In this document: positions 42,396 through 56,068 of the stretch, one piece after another
Position numbering within the stretch: position 1 is the first letter of the stretch
Layout of the letters: every line of letters starts with the position of its first letter
DNA from: the human T2T-CHM13v2.0 reference genome, Homo sapiens
Strand: one strand, 5' to 3'
Assembly: GCF_009914755.1 (NCBI RefSeq)
Contig: NC_060927.1
DNA: 64,000 nucleotides
Program-made: the position numbers and the translations under genes
Notes under the pieces: model-generated
What the model was told of the DNA's origin: nothing
The model's database searches: none
What the model saw: only the letters and a program-made list of their open reading frames with translations

Positions 42396-42559
42396 AGATT
42401 CTTTTCTGCCCATAGTTTTGCTGTGTGAGCGAGAACGTGAGATGTTGCTAAAAAAGGAATCTTTTTTAGTAGCAGATGAAGGTGGAGAGCCAGTGAATTC
42501 TCTTCCTCCAGGCAAACTCTCAACGCTTGGAGATGAACTGATGTTTTTAGAACTTAGCC
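42396..42559 (-). CDS. TBC1D5: TBC1D5 coding exon, 164 nt (phase 1 to 0), Ser-rich region GLSSKNISSSPSVESLPGGREFTGSPPSSATKKDSFFSNISRSRSHSKTMGRKES
   Basis: Acceptor ttttcttacag|GG and donor GAATCT|gtaagt. Contained in ORF 42384..42593(-). Peptide recognised as TBC1D5 C-terminal half. Confidence 0.96.
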
Positions 42560-43009
42560 CTGTAAGAAAAATTAAGTAGCAATAATGAAACACCAGACTC
42601 TTTCACTAAGCTATTCGATCTACTGTTTTTAATAAATGATGATCAATTATGATGCCACTAGGTTGATACTATCAACATAATGACACTATGGAGTATTAAA
42701 ATGCATGCATTTTTATGTATCAGAATAGCCACTGGTTTTCAAAAAAACAGTGAAGGTATCTACCACTATAGTTTTCTATGTTTTTTATACTATGATTATC
42801 CAAGCATTGCACACATATAAAAAGAACTAAAAAAAAAAAAAAATCAAAGTTTCAGTAAACAATGGTTAAATGACTGGGTGTTTCTTCACTAATGGAATAA
42901 TCCCTTAATTACAGAAACCAGAATCTATTATACTGCACTTTACATTAGCAAGATTAAAAAATCCAAATCTTTGGCCAAAGTTTTTCAAAAAAGCATCTCT
43001 CCTCTTCCC

Positions 43010-43990
43010 TCTGGTAAGGGAAAGTGTCACTGAAAATTCAGGAACATTAACATTTTAGCAAAAACCTGAAGAAGGTGAAGTACCCGCTTTGCAGCAAATA
43101 TGCAAGAACAGCAAGTGCTAAGGCCCTAATGCAGGATCTTCGGTGTTCAAGGAGATCACAAAGTGACCGGTATGGTTAGAGCTAAGAGCAAGGAGGAGAA
43201 GGGTGAGAGATGAGGTTTGAGAGCAAGCAGGGGGATCAGAACAGGTAGGGATTTGTAGATGATTTTGATTAGTTTTACTCTGAGAAGGGAAGCTATGGGA
43301 TGTCACTAGAGGGTTTGAGGAGAGGAGTGACATGATTTGACTTACATTTTAAAAGGATTGCTCTGGCTGTTGTATTGAGAACAGAATCAGAGATGGTCAA
43401 GTGGGGGTGAGTCAGGGGGAACAAAGGCAAAAGCAGAGGAACCAATTTTTGCTAACGCAAAAATGTAAGTACTCAGAATGATCATGACTTGGTGGTGAGA
43501 GGTGGTCACATTTTGGACAAAACTGACTGGATTTACGGATGAACCCATTATGAGTATGAGAGAAAGAGAAGAGTCAAGCTCAACTTCCAATTTTTGGCCT
43601 AAGCAAGAAGAATGATGGAGCGGCTATTTACTGAGGTGGGGAAGAGTGAAGGGAAGCAGGTTTTAGGAATAAATCAGCAGTTTAGTTTTAGACCTGCTGA
43701 GTCTATGGTGCCTAGTCAGATATCCAAATAGAGATGCCACATAAGCAGTGGGAAATGAGTCTGGATTTTAGGGGAGAGATGTGAGCTAGAGATATACATT
43801 TGGAAGTCAGTACCATAGAGACTGTATTTAAACATGAGGTTATCAATGGAGAAGGGATAGAGAGAAAAAGGATTTAGGACCACAGATTGGCCCCTTGGAA
43901 ACGTTACAATTTAAAAGTCAGAGATATCACAAGAAAGCAGCAAAGCTGACTGAGAAGCAGCAGCCAGAAGTAGGAAGAAAATCAAGTAGA
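43010..43990 (-). mobile_element. L2a fragment
   Basis: gtgacatgatttgacttacattttaaaaggattgctctggctg...tttactgaggtggggaag...tttggaagtcag. Confidence 0.8.
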
Positions 43991-44309
43991 TAATAAGAGA
44001 TACTTTATAGACTAACATTCTCCAATCTTGGGTCAAAGTTGTTACAATATAGTTAGAATAGTAATTATCTACTCCCAGTACCTGGGAGTCCCTGATTGTC
44101 CCTGATCTCAAGACAATTTTATTACACTGACGCTTCCTCTGCATTAAATATCAGGGATTCAGATTAAGTTTCTGTCCTCCCAGAGTGCAGAACCTAGGGG
44201 TAAGGAGGTAAATGATAAACCAAGAATGCTAACCAGAATGTTATATTTCTTAGGAGAGAGCTATTACCTCTCCCTTGGATAGAAGGAGAGAGTCAAGCCA
44301 CATTTCAGA

Positions 44310-44709
44310 AGAAGTGTGGCAGATTTGGAGGGCTGATACATCCCTCTTTAAGGAAATATTTGTGACTTCAAGGAAGATGGTTAGCTGATAGCCTTTAGCT
44401 ATTAGATTGTTCAGGATCTGCCTCAGGTTTTGAACTAACATCATGCTCTTCTCAGGGTGGTTCCCAGCTCGTGATTGGGAATAAATGGTCTACCCATTTC
44501 CAGTCAATACAGGACTCCTTTAATAGGAAATCTTGCCTGCAGAGTTCCCCTTTGAACTGGCAGAGACTTGTTAGATCTGTATCATGGTCTGCCCCCATCC
44601 CTCTGCCCAACTCTGATTCCTCCTCTTTTCCTTTCACCTGTGTTATTCCCCCAATAAACTTTCTGTACTTCTATCAGGGTCTGCTTCCTGAAGAATCCAA
44701 CCTGTAATG
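44310..44709 (+). mobile_element. LTR16A-like ERVL solo LTR
   Basis: 3' end ccccaataaactttctgtac...gtctgcttcctgaagaatccaacctg. Confidence 0.65.
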
Positions 44710-45039
44710 CATGATATTGGAGCTGAGCCTTGAAGGACCCCTGAGGTTAGGAAAGAGTAGAGAACAGGCCCCAAGGCCTAGAAGTATCCTATGCTTATAA
44801 GGGCCTAGACTATGAAAATTCCACCTAGGCCTTTATTTCTTCCCTTCTCTCCCTCCATGTTTCCCACCCACCACCAGGACTCTAGGCCTTAACTTCCCAG
44901 GGATACTTTTTCACGGTAATAATCTCAATAACACGGGGTCCTAGAATATTAGAACCGAAAAAGATCTCAGGAACCACCTATTATTTTCTTTTTTTAAAAT
45001 TACCCCACTTATATGTGAATACACTTTCATTATAAACAG

Positions 45040-46625
45040 ATTAACTGTGAAAACAACACTTTGAGATATAATTCATGTCATAACTTTCACCTTTTAAAAG
45101 AATATAATTCAGTGTTTTTTACAGTACACTTACAGAGATGCATGACCATCAAAACTATCTATTTTAGAACAACTTAATCACTGAGAAAAGAAAACTCATG
45201 GCCATTAGCAGTTATTTCCAGTATACCCCCTCTTCCCATAGTCCCTGCAATCACAATCTACTTCTGGCTCTATGAATTTGCCTTTTCTAGACATGTCATG
45301 TAGATGGAGTGATACTATATGTGGTCTTCTGTGACTGGCTTCTTTCTCTTGGGACAGTGCTTAAAAGTTCATCTATGTTATAGCATGTATTAGCACTTCA
45401 TTCCTTTTAGTTGCCAAATAATATTCCATTGTATGGGTACCACATTTAGTTTATATACTCATCAGCTGATGAACATTTAGCTTATACACATTTTTGGCTA
45501 TTATGAATAATGCTGCTATGAACATTCCTGTTTAAGTTTTTATGTGGACATATTGTTTCCCTTTGTCTCACGTAGATATCTAGAAGTGGAACTGGTGGGT
45601 CAATATGGCAACTCTGCATTTAACATTTCGAGAAACTGCCAGTTTTCAAAAGTGACTACACCATTTTACATTTCCATCAGTATTGTATAACGGTTCCAAT
45701 TTCTCCACATGCTTGTCAACACTTACTATGAGCTATCTTTTTATTTCAGCCATCCTAGTGGGTGTGAGATGGTATTTCATTGTGATTTTGATTTGCAATT
45801 TTCCAATGGCTCATGATGCTTAGCATCTTTTCAGGTGCTTATTAGACACTCATCTTCTTCAGAGAAATGTTTATTCAAATCTTTTGCCCATTTAAAAAGT
45901 TGGGGTATTTTCCTTTTTGAGTTGTAAGTGCTCTTCATATGTTCTGGGTGCAAGTTCCTTATCAAACATGACTTGCAAAAAATTCTTCTGTTCTGTGTAT
46001 ATCTTTTCACTTTCTTAATGGTGTCCTTGGAAGCCCAAAACTGCTTAATTGGATGAAGTCTCATCTACCTATTTTTTCTTTTGTTGCTTGTGCTCATAGT
46101 GTCATATCTAAGAAACTACTGCCTAACCTGAGGTCATGAAGATTTACTCAAGTTTTCTTCTAAGGGTGTTATAACTCCTGCATTTAATTCTATGACTTAT
46201 TTTGAGTTAATTTTTGTATACAGCGTGAAGAAGTAGCTCAAGTTCATTCTTTTGCATGTGGATATCTAGTTTTCCCAGAACTATTTGTAAAAAAGACTAC
46301 TCTTTCCACATAAATAATCTTGGCACCCGTGCTGAATATCAACTTACCATACTCTCAACTCTATTCCATTTATATATGATGATCTTTATGTCAGTATCAC
46401 ATTGTTTTGATTAAAATAACTATATAACAAGTTTTGAAATCAAGACATGTGAGTTCTCCAGCTTTGTTCTCTTTCAAGATTGTTTTGGCTACTAGGGGTG
46501 CTTTGCATTTCCATATGAATTTTAGGATCACTTTGCCATTTTCTCCAAAAAAGACATCTGGGATTTAGATAGGGATTACAGTGAATATGTAGATCAATTT
46601 GGTAGTACTGCCATATTAACAATAC
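45040..46625 (-). mobile_element. L1MB 3' region (3'UTR plus end of ORF2)
   Basis: ttgtgactggcttcttt...aataatgctgctatgaacatt...gctttgcatttccatatgaattttagg; ORFs 45831..46064 and 46440..46622 are decayed ORF2 pieces. Confidence 0.88.
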
Positions 46626-46639
46626 AAGATTTATGAAAA

Positions 46640-48140
46640 ATAAATTTATATTATCTTTTATATTTGCCTACACAGCTACCTTTATCAGAACTCTTTTTCT
46701 TTGTGTGGATTTGAACTGATGTCTAGTGTCCTTTCATTTCAGCCTGAAGGACTTTCTTTATTATGTCTTATAGGGAAGGTTTACTAGTATTGAATACTCT
46801 CAGTTTCTATTTATCTGTAATTGTCTGAATTTCTCTTTCCTTTTTGAAGGATAGTTTTATTGGATATATAATAGAATTCTAGACCGACTGGCTTTTCATC
46901 ACTTTGAATATGTCATCCTACTGCCTTCTTAACTCTCTGGTTTTTGATGAGAAGTCAGCTGTCAATCTTACTGAGGAACTCTTGTATATCATGAGCTGTT
47001 CTTCTATTGCTGCTTTCAATACTCTCTTTGTTGTCAGCTTTTGACAGTCTGACTATGATATATCTAGGTGTAGATCTGAGTTTATCCTGCTTGGAGTTAA
47101 TTGGACTTCTTTGAGGTATGTACTAATGCTTTTCATAAAAATTGTGAAATATTTCAGCCAGCATTTCTTCAACTATTCCATCTGCCCCTCTCTTTTCCTT
47201 CTCTCCTTCTGAGGCTCTCACTATCTGTATGTTATTATGCTTCATGGTGTTCTGCAGGTCCTTGAGGCTCTTTTTGTTTTTTTTTTTTATTCTTTGTCTT
47301 TCTGTTGCTCTAACTGGATAATTTCAGTTGACATATATTCCAAGTTCTGATTCTTTGGCAGCTCAAATCTGCTGTTGAGCCCCTGTAATAACTTTTAAAA
47401 TTTCAGTTGCTGTATTTTTCAACTTCAGAATATCTATTTAATTCTCTTTTTATAAAGCCCCTATTTTTTTTACTGATCTTCTCTATTTGATGAGACACTA
47501 TTCTCTTTCATTCCTTTAGTTCTTTAGACAGGGTTTCTTGCAGTTCTTTGACATATTTACAGTAGCTGACTTAAAGTCTTTATCCAGTAAGTTTAATGTC
47601 CAGGCTTCCTCTGACACAGTCTGTATTGCCTGCTTTTTCCCCTTTGTGTGGGCCATACTTTCCTGTGGTTTTTTTTTTTTCCTCATACCTTATACTTTTA
47701 TTGAAAACTGGACATTTTAATAATATGTGGCAATTCTGGGAATCAGATCCTATTCCACCATCTGAACTTGTTTTTCCTGTTATTTGTTGCTGTTTTAGTA
47801 ACTTTATTAAATTAATGTCAAATGGTGACAATTCACTGGGCATAGAAGTTTTAGGGTACTCCAGATACATTGTGCATCCTCCTGTGGTTGTAAGGTTACT
47901 TACTAGTTTTCAAAGCTACTGTAGAGCTCGAAAGAGGGTGACAGGAATAGGGTAAGCTAATATGCCATAAAACTCGCTCTTCTTACTAAGATTCAGCCAG
48001 TTTTCCTTGATGTCATCCTTTGGTTAACTTCCAGAGTTCTGAAAAAGTTTATTTTGATCATTTTTTGTCACTGTTCTTATGACTTTATGGAGGAACAGAT
48101 TTTCAGGGGCCCCTGCCATGCTACTCCAAAAGTGCTTCTC
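46640..48140 (-). mobile_element. Older L1M fragment (ORF1/5' ORF2 region)
   Basis: gtcctttcatttcagcctgaaggact...gatgagaagtcagctgtcaatctta...caaatctgctgttgagcccc. Confidence 0.7.
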
Positions 48141-49304
48141 TCTGCTGACTTGCTTTCTGAACCTACCTTGATCTTGGAAATTTGTCTATGTCATATGTCC
48201 TCTTTTTAAGAGCTGTGAGGAAAAAATTTCTGTTAACACTCTTGAGTAGTCATTTAGGTTTCTTCTAATGTTTAGCTGTTCCAAACAAAAACATCAATTA
48301 ACATTTTAGAAAGGTACACCTTTAGGCACAAACAGTTGGCTATTTCTCTACAAGGTAGAATTATATAAGTGGAACTGCTATGTATAACTATATGCACATT
48401 TTAAATTTAGATAAATAATTCCAAATTGCCTTAAGATTTTAACAATTTATAAATCTGTTGCAATTTCTGAAGGCCTACCATCTTTGTGGAGACTGGATAT
48501 GACATGATATTTTATATATGTGAACGTGTATGTGGTTAATCAGATAGAGGAGGACTTCACTATGTTAGCTTAAAGTTTCCTGATAACTAGAGAGGCTGAG
48601 TATCTTTTAACATATTTTTACAGCCCGCTTTAAGGTCCTTTGTGAACTCTCTGCTCATTTTACTTTCCAAAACTGATTCAGGAAAGTTTTTTCTAAATTC
48701 TGGAAATTAATCCTTTCTGTGTATGTCTACTTTTTCTTTTATGTCTTTTATTTTTAGGGTCCTGCTTAGGAAGCATTTCTTACCCTAAGATAATATAGTG
48801 GAATATAATTTAGGTATTATAAATCTAGGTTTTTCATTTGTTCTTTTCATAAATTTCTCCTTTTTTCCATGAATTTTTCCTTTCATGAATTTTCTCCTTG
48901 CTCCTTGGAACTCCTTAAGCCAGTGGCTTTTATTGCCTTGGAGGTGGTGGAAAATGGTAGCTAAACCAAAAGGATGGCTTAGTTTTGAATTTCAAATTAC
49001 TTTTAAAAGGCCATAGAACAAAAGACAAATCAAGAAGCCATGGCATTTTGATTCACAAGGCTTTTTGACAAAATGAAAAAAATTCCATCTTTTTAAAAGC
49101 TTATATAACTGAATTTATTCATCTCTTCAAAGTTTGGATTATTGACTTATACCCCTCCAGTGTTAGTGATTTTTTAAAGGAATTGCTGTAATGACTTTTG
49201 GGATTTTCTTTTGTTGTTGTTGTTCCCTTATTAAGGATTTCTACTTCTTCTTGGGTCAATTTTCTTCTTCTTGGGATAATTCATATCTTCCTTTAAAAAA
49301 CCAT

Positions 49305-50085
49305 ACGGGAGGCAGAATAATGCCTAAGCCTTTAATTCCCAGAGTCTATGAATTTGTTACCTTACATAGCAGAAGAGACTTTGCAGGTGTGATAAGGTTA
49401 AGGATGTTGAGATGGAGAGAGTATCTTGGGTTATCATGGTTGGCCAACCTAATCCTGTGAGTTCTTTTTTTTTTAATTTTATTATTATTATATTTTAAGT
49501 TTTAGGGTACATGTGCACAACGTGCAGGTTTGTTACATATGTATACATGTGCCATGTTGGTGTGCTGCACCCATTAACTCGTCATTTAGCATTAGATATA
49601 TCTCCTAATGCTATCCCTCCCCTCTCCCACGACCCCACAACAGTCCCCAGTGTGTGATGTTCCCCTTCCTGTGAGTTCTTAAAGTAGAAGAGGAAGGCAG
49701 AAGAATGAGCTAGAGAGAACGAACTCAAGAAGAAAGAGGAGAGAGTTCAAACATGAGAAGGGCTTGACCTGGTGTTGCTGGCCTTAAGGATGGAGAAATG
49801 GGGCCATAAACCAAGGAAGATGTCATCTTCCAGAAGCTGGGAATGGGCCTCAGTTAACAGACAGTAGGGGAATGAGGACCTTGGTCCTATAGGTAAAAGG
49901 AACTGAATTCTGCCAACATAGCAAATAAACAAGGAAACAGATTCTTCCTCAGAGCCTCCTGAAACCTTGACTTTAGCCTAGAGAAACCTGTGTCAGACTT
50001 TTGACCTAGAGAAATGTTAAATAAATTTGTATTGTTTACATCACTAAGTTTGTGATAATTTTTAAGTCAGCAAGAGAAAACTTCT
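49305..50085 (+). mobile_element. MLT1D-like MaLR LTR, interrupted by L1PA
   Basis: gaatttgttaccttacatagcagaagagactttgcaggtgtgat...aaggaactgaattctgccaac...cactaagtttgtgataattt. Confidence 0.85.
49467..49673 (-). mobile_element. Young L1PA (PA3/4-like) 3' end, about 200 bp
   Basis: ttagggtacatgtgcacaacgtgcaggtttgttacatatg...; 14-bp TSD tcctgtgagttctt (49453-49466 and 49667-49680). Confidence 0.95.
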
Positions 50086-51767
50086 CTACATTTTCAACTT
50101 ATAAAGTTGTATACAGTAGTCTCTTACAGCAACTTATCCTTCTTCTGTATCTTCAGTTCTTTCATAATTCTTATTTTGAATGTGTTAGTATTTTTCTCTC
50201 ATTTATTCTTGATCGGACTTACTGAATGTTGGATTACTTCACTGTTTTTAAAGAACTACCTTTTGGTTTCACTCATGTAATCTGTTTTATTATGTGCTGT
50301 TCATCTTTTCTTTTATCTTTATTCATACCTTTACTTACTTTAGTTGTATTCTGATGTTCACTTTCTATCTTCCTGAGTTGTATGTTTAGATATTTTACAG
50401 TCTTTCTTGTTTTCTAATAATTTCTTTTCTTCTGAGTGGCCTTTTATCTCTGTCTTTCAGGGTTTTGGTAATTGGCACTATCATTATCATGAACTTCTAC
50501 ACTGGTAATTTTTAAACATTTCCTTATTAGTTCAACAGTTCTTTAGAAGAATGATTTTACCTTTACAAGTGATGGGATATGTGTGTGTATAAAATAAATA
50601 AGTATTTGGGAGCGGGGAGGGTAGCAGGTCTGTTGATAGACCTAAATTCTTACATGTCCCCAAATGTCCATTTTTTTTCTTCCCATTTGAATGTTAGCTT
50701 GGCTGAGAATAAGATACTAGTTCAAAACAACTTTTCCTCAGAACTTTGAAAACAAACTTAAATGTCTTCCGGCCTTCGGTTTTACCAATGAGAAATCTGA
50801 TGTCTATCTGATGATTATCTTATAAACAAACTTTCTGTTTGTTCTCTCTGGAAGTTTCCTTGAAGTTTTGTAAATCTTTTATGGGGTTCCTAGGGTGTGT
50901 CATTTTTACTTTCATCCTGCTTATGGGATTTTTTTTTTTCTATCTCTAGGCCAGTATCTTTCTTCAGCTCTGGGAAATTCTCTTTATTACTCCTGTGATA
51001 TTATACTCTACTTATGATCTCTAGACTCTCAACATTTGACATTACAGTTCAATTTCAGAGTTAATCTAAAATTTCAGGTAGAAGCATTAAATTTTTTTAT
51101 ACTCCTAGAAAAAGTTAGCATTTTGGGGACCATTATAACTTTTTTTCATTTTCTTCCAAAATGAAAAAAACCATCGTAAGCAGTTATAGCTATTAAATCT
51201 TACAACATTTAGTTGTCTTGAATATTTTCTGAAGGGGGGAAGGCATTATATATCAAATCTAATTATATGAAATTTGCCTGTAAAATTCTATCAAAATCTG
51301 TTGAAAAGTTTTTCCATTCAAAAGAAATTACAATATAATAAAACAAAAATCTTCAGAAGCTTTCCAGGTTTGTATAAATCAATTGCTTTCATGTTGAAAT
51401 TATATTAAGACCCAAAAATCTTTTCTTTGATTCTAGATTTTATATATATCGTAGCTGGGTACTATTAATTTTTGTTTCCAACCATCTCTACATACATATT
51501 TCCCTAGTTTGCCTATTCCCCCCGCAAAAAAGTCAGAAAATTAGAATACACTTCAGCAATGTGATATTTGCAAAATGCTTGTCCATGTATATATCTGGAC
51601 CTTTACATATATTATTTCATTTAATCCTAATGACATTGTGAGATGGTTATGTATGAGAAAATGGAGGCTTGGATGCTTTAATTCACTTGCTCAAGAACAC
51701 AGTTATAAATACCACTAGAAGCATCGTAAGTTAAACCCAGATTTGTCCAAACTTAAAAGACTACGCT

Positions 51768-52087
51768 GGCGGGGTGCGGTGGCTCACACCTGTAATCCCA
51801 ACACTTTGGGAGGCCAAGGCTGGTGGATCACCTGAGGTCAGAAGTTCATGACCAGCTTGGCTGACATGGCGAAACCCCATCTCTACAAAAAATATATAAA
51901 TTAGCTGGGCATGGTGGTGCGTGCCTGTAGTCCCAGCTACTCGAGCAGAGTCAGGAGAATCACTTGAACCCTGTAGTCCCAGCTACTTGGGAAGAAGCAG
52001 GAGAACCCTGGAGGCAGAGGTTGCAGTGAGCTGAGATCGCACCACTGCCTTCCAGCCTGGGTAACAACAGAGCAAGACTCTGTCTCA

Positions 52088-52118
<31 letters not shown>

Positions 52119-52134
52119 CAAACAAACAAAGAAA
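51768..52134 (+). mobile_element. AluSx with internal duplication and (CAAAA)n tail
   Basis: gatcacctgaggtca; TSD aaaagacta(c/t)gc on both sides. Confidence 0.94.
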
Positions 52135-52504
52135 AAAAGACTATGCCAATATATATAATTAAATTTAAATTTCTGAATCCTGCAGAATGACTCCAAGGAA
52201 TTATTATTTCAAAATGACAAAAAAAGTTTTGGAAATAGGCCTTTCTATCCAATTTTTAGGATACATATATTTTGTGAATGGCTTTTCCTAGGAACAGAAA
52301 ATATCTGATGGTCAGGCTTCTTGTATTCAATTACTAGTGTTCCTGCTTATATTACAATGGACAAATTTCACTAAGGGCAGGAAGTGTGGTCATTACCAGT
52401 TTCACCTGCTGGGAAAAAAGCTAGCACAGTGCCTGCACATTGTGGAGCTACCATAAATGTTTGCTGATGTTCAATCTGGAATATCTGAAAATAATTATAA
52501 ACAC

Positions 52505-52774
52505 CAATGCTGATCAACAGAAATATAATGTGAGCCACACATGCAATTTCTAATATTTTAGTATTCACACTTAAAAAGTAAAGAAAGATAAAATTAATTT
52601 TAATAATCTATTATCAGCCTGACATGAAGACAAAATAAAAAATTATTGACAAATTTTACATTCATTTTTTCATACTAAGTCTTCAAAATGCAGTGCATAT
52701 TTTTTACTCACAGCATACATTTCAAGAGCTCAGTGGCTACATGTGGCTAGGGGATACCATGTTAGACAGCAAGG
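52505..52774. mobile_element. MER33 hAT-Charlie element
   Basis: agaaatataatgtgagccaca...ttttcatactaagtcttcaaaat...ctacatgtggctag...ttagacagca. Confidence 0.8.
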
Positions 52775-53345
52775 GTATAAACTAACGAACAGTCAAATTT
52801 TTCATACATGAAGGTTATTATATTTTGTGACTATTGTAACAAAATAGGGTAATGATATGTCTGGGAGAAATCTTTAGAATACCTGCTTTAATAAGTTAGC
52901 TTATCAATTCTTTACTGTATGAGAATAATTAAACATCCAGAAAGAATTTGAAAGCATTTGTTCCCTTGAGGGGCAACAACACCCAGAGGTTTCTTTTGCA
53001 GCTATTACCCTGCTTAGTAAACTTCCTTTTTCAGTGGTAATACTAAGATCAGCTCTTATCAAAACTTATCTGTGAACTATGAAATTTCAAATTGGTGGTA
53101 GTATTAATAAGGAACCTGGCCCACATCTCACATTAAAAACATATGTTTCTCCTCAATTATAAAAATTAGCTTACTAACATATTTTTGTGCCCTCTGGGAA
53201 CACAAACATTCAGACCCTTAAGAAAATGGAGTCACTAGAACATGTTCCCAAAGGGATGATGGAGAGCACAGTCTACCGTCCATGTTCCACACCTGGATAT
53301 TTAACCAACAGATCAAAAATACAAAAATATACATATAAAATAACA

Positions 53346-53665
<320 letters not shown>

Positions 53666-53708
53666 AACAGTACAACACAAATAGTACAAATAAAAATACA
53701 GTATAACA

Positions 53709-54052
53709 GGCTGGGTGCAGTGTCTCCCACCTGTAATTTCAGCACTCTGGGAGGCCGAGACTGGAGGATTGCCTGAGCCCAGGAGTTTGAGACCAACCTG
53801 GGCAACATAGTGAGAACCAAACTGTGAGACAGAGTAGTGGTGCGTGCCTGTAGTCCACTCATTTCTACAATAAAAATGAAAAAGTAGCCAGGTGTGATGG
53901 CACACACCTGTGGTCCCACCTACTCAGGAAGCTGAAGAGGGACAATTACTTGAGCCCAGGAGGTAGAGGCTGCAGTGTGCCATGATTGCACCACTGTACT
54001 CCAGTCTGGGCAACAGAGTGGGACCCTGTCTCAACAACAACAACAACAAACC
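53709..54052 (+). mobile_element. AluJ with an extra internal segment and (CAA)n tail
   Basis: ggaggattgcctgagcccaggag; TSD cagtataaca on both sides. Confidence 0.92.
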
Positions 54053-54597
54053 CAGTATAACATAGCATTTACATCGTATTTGGTATTATAGGTAATCTAG
54101 AGATGAAGTATAGAGGAAAATGTGCATAGGTTATATGAAAACCCTATACCATTTTATATAAGAGACTTGAGCATATGTGGATTTTGGTATCCGCAGGGGT
54201 CCTGGAACCAATCCCCCACAGATACTGAGGGACAACTGTATTTCCTCTGGAGATACATAGGAAAAGCCCAGGTACCTGGAGTAGTCTTGTCTCAAGACAA
54301 AAGGATGCACTCTCAGACTTCTCTGCCTTTTTCGTATCTGGTATGCACAGAATCTGATCACATTTGTATAGCACACTGGGGTAAATGGATGTGGGCTCAT
54401 CCAGGCTTCCCCTGGACAGCTCCTGAGCTGAGGGGTCAGTATTCTCAGCAAGCTTGTAACCCATAAGCTACATACTGGTTCCAAAGTTCTCTACATACCT
54501 TTTTTTTTTTTTTTTGACAGAGAGGAACAGCATGAAACATTTTTGTTGCACGAAAATTTAAAGCCTATTCTTAGGGGCACATTCTAAAATACGCTGC

Positions 54598-55009
54598 TGT
54601 AGGGCCCTGCCCAATTCCCTCTTCAGGTCCAAGGCACTTATTTCCCCCAGCTGCTGGAAATGCTGGCTGTTGATGGCTCCCCTGAGTTCTTCTCTGGAAA
54701 CTGCCCGCAACTGAAGAGAGCTTCCTTGCCCAAGGTCATGCCCCTTACCTGGGAATTAACTCCAATCCAGTGACTGGTTTGAGTTGACAAGTAAAAGCTG
54801 GCCCCCTTGCCTCAAGGTGGACAACTCTAGAGGACTACCCCAGCCCCAGAGGGTTCCAGCAGCAACTGCAAAGCGGTCGGTTTAGCTCTCTCCCTGCCAG
54901 TGTTGCTTCTTTCACTCCCCAGGTACTGATCTCAAGGATGCTGCCCAATAAATGTCTTAACCATGAATCTGTCTCACAGTTTGGTCTTCAGAATTTCTGA
55001 CCCATGACA
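54598..55009 (+). mobile_element. LTR16C-like ERVL solo LTR
   Basis: tgtaggg...cccccagctgctgg...ttgcccaaggtcatgcccc...cccaataaa...gacccatgaca. Confidence 0.75.
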
Positions 55010-55681
55010 TTTATTTAAAATTATTTTAGATTGTAAGACATTCTTAAATACATTAAATATAGGCTCATTCTTAAGCCATCTAGGGTGTACATGTATTAAT
55101 GCATGTATGTAGTCTTTCATTCGTGACCAAACATCAGGGAATGAGCCCTATGCAGAGTGATCTTTTGAAATGCCTAAAGAAATTTCTGTTTAGCACTGGG
55201 GAGGGAAGTATGAACATAACAGAAGCTCTTAAGAAACTCCCAAAATAGCCATACAGGGAATACAGACTTGTATACACACTAACCTACAACCCTAGGTAGC
55301 AAAAGCGAACACTGAAGTACAAACAACAGCACTTTGTGTGCGCAAAAGGGGGAGTGTCCAATCTTGTCTCAGACAATTAAGAGTGTGAGCTAGATCTTAA
55401 AACTCAAGAGGAAATGGTCGTGGTGGGTCAGGGAGGGTCCTCTCTAGTGGAGAACACAGTATTTTCAAAGGCATTGTACTAGGAACATCTAGCTTAATCA
55501 GGGCCTGATTAAAACCTTTGGTGCTCCCTGCCATCAATATGTAATTGAAAATGATATCAATATCAAAGTAAAAGGAAAGATTAAGTTCAACAGAGTGCTT
55601 TCTAAAAAATTTGATGATTATTTCAATGTTTTTTTGGGGGAGGATCAATTATCAAATTTTTTCTAAAGTTGAAGGTGCCCC

Positions 55682-56068
55682 ATTATACACCATGGAATTC
55701 TATACAACCATACAAAAGAACATCATGTTCTTTGTAGGAACATAGATGGAGCTGGGGGCCATTATCTTTAGCAAACTAACACAGGAACAGAAAACTAAAT
55801 ACCACATGTTCTCACTTATAAGTGAGAGCTAATGATGAGAACACGTGGACACAAAGAGGAGAACAACAGACACTGGGGCTTACTTGAATGTGGAGGGTGG
55901 GAGGAGGGAGAGAATAAAAAAAAACTATTAGGTACTAGGCTTAGTACCTGGGTGATGAAATAATCTGTTTAGCAAACCCCCATGCCACACGTTTACCTAT
56001 ATAACAAGCCTGCACATGTACCACTGAACCTAAAATAAAAGTTTTTTTTTTTTTTTTTAAGAAAAAAA
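55682..56068 (+). mobile_element. L1PA15/16 3' end
   Basis: caccatggaattcta...gaacctaaaataaaagtt; TSD-like ctaaagttgaaggtgccc / ctaagttgctggtaccc. Confidence 0.9.
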
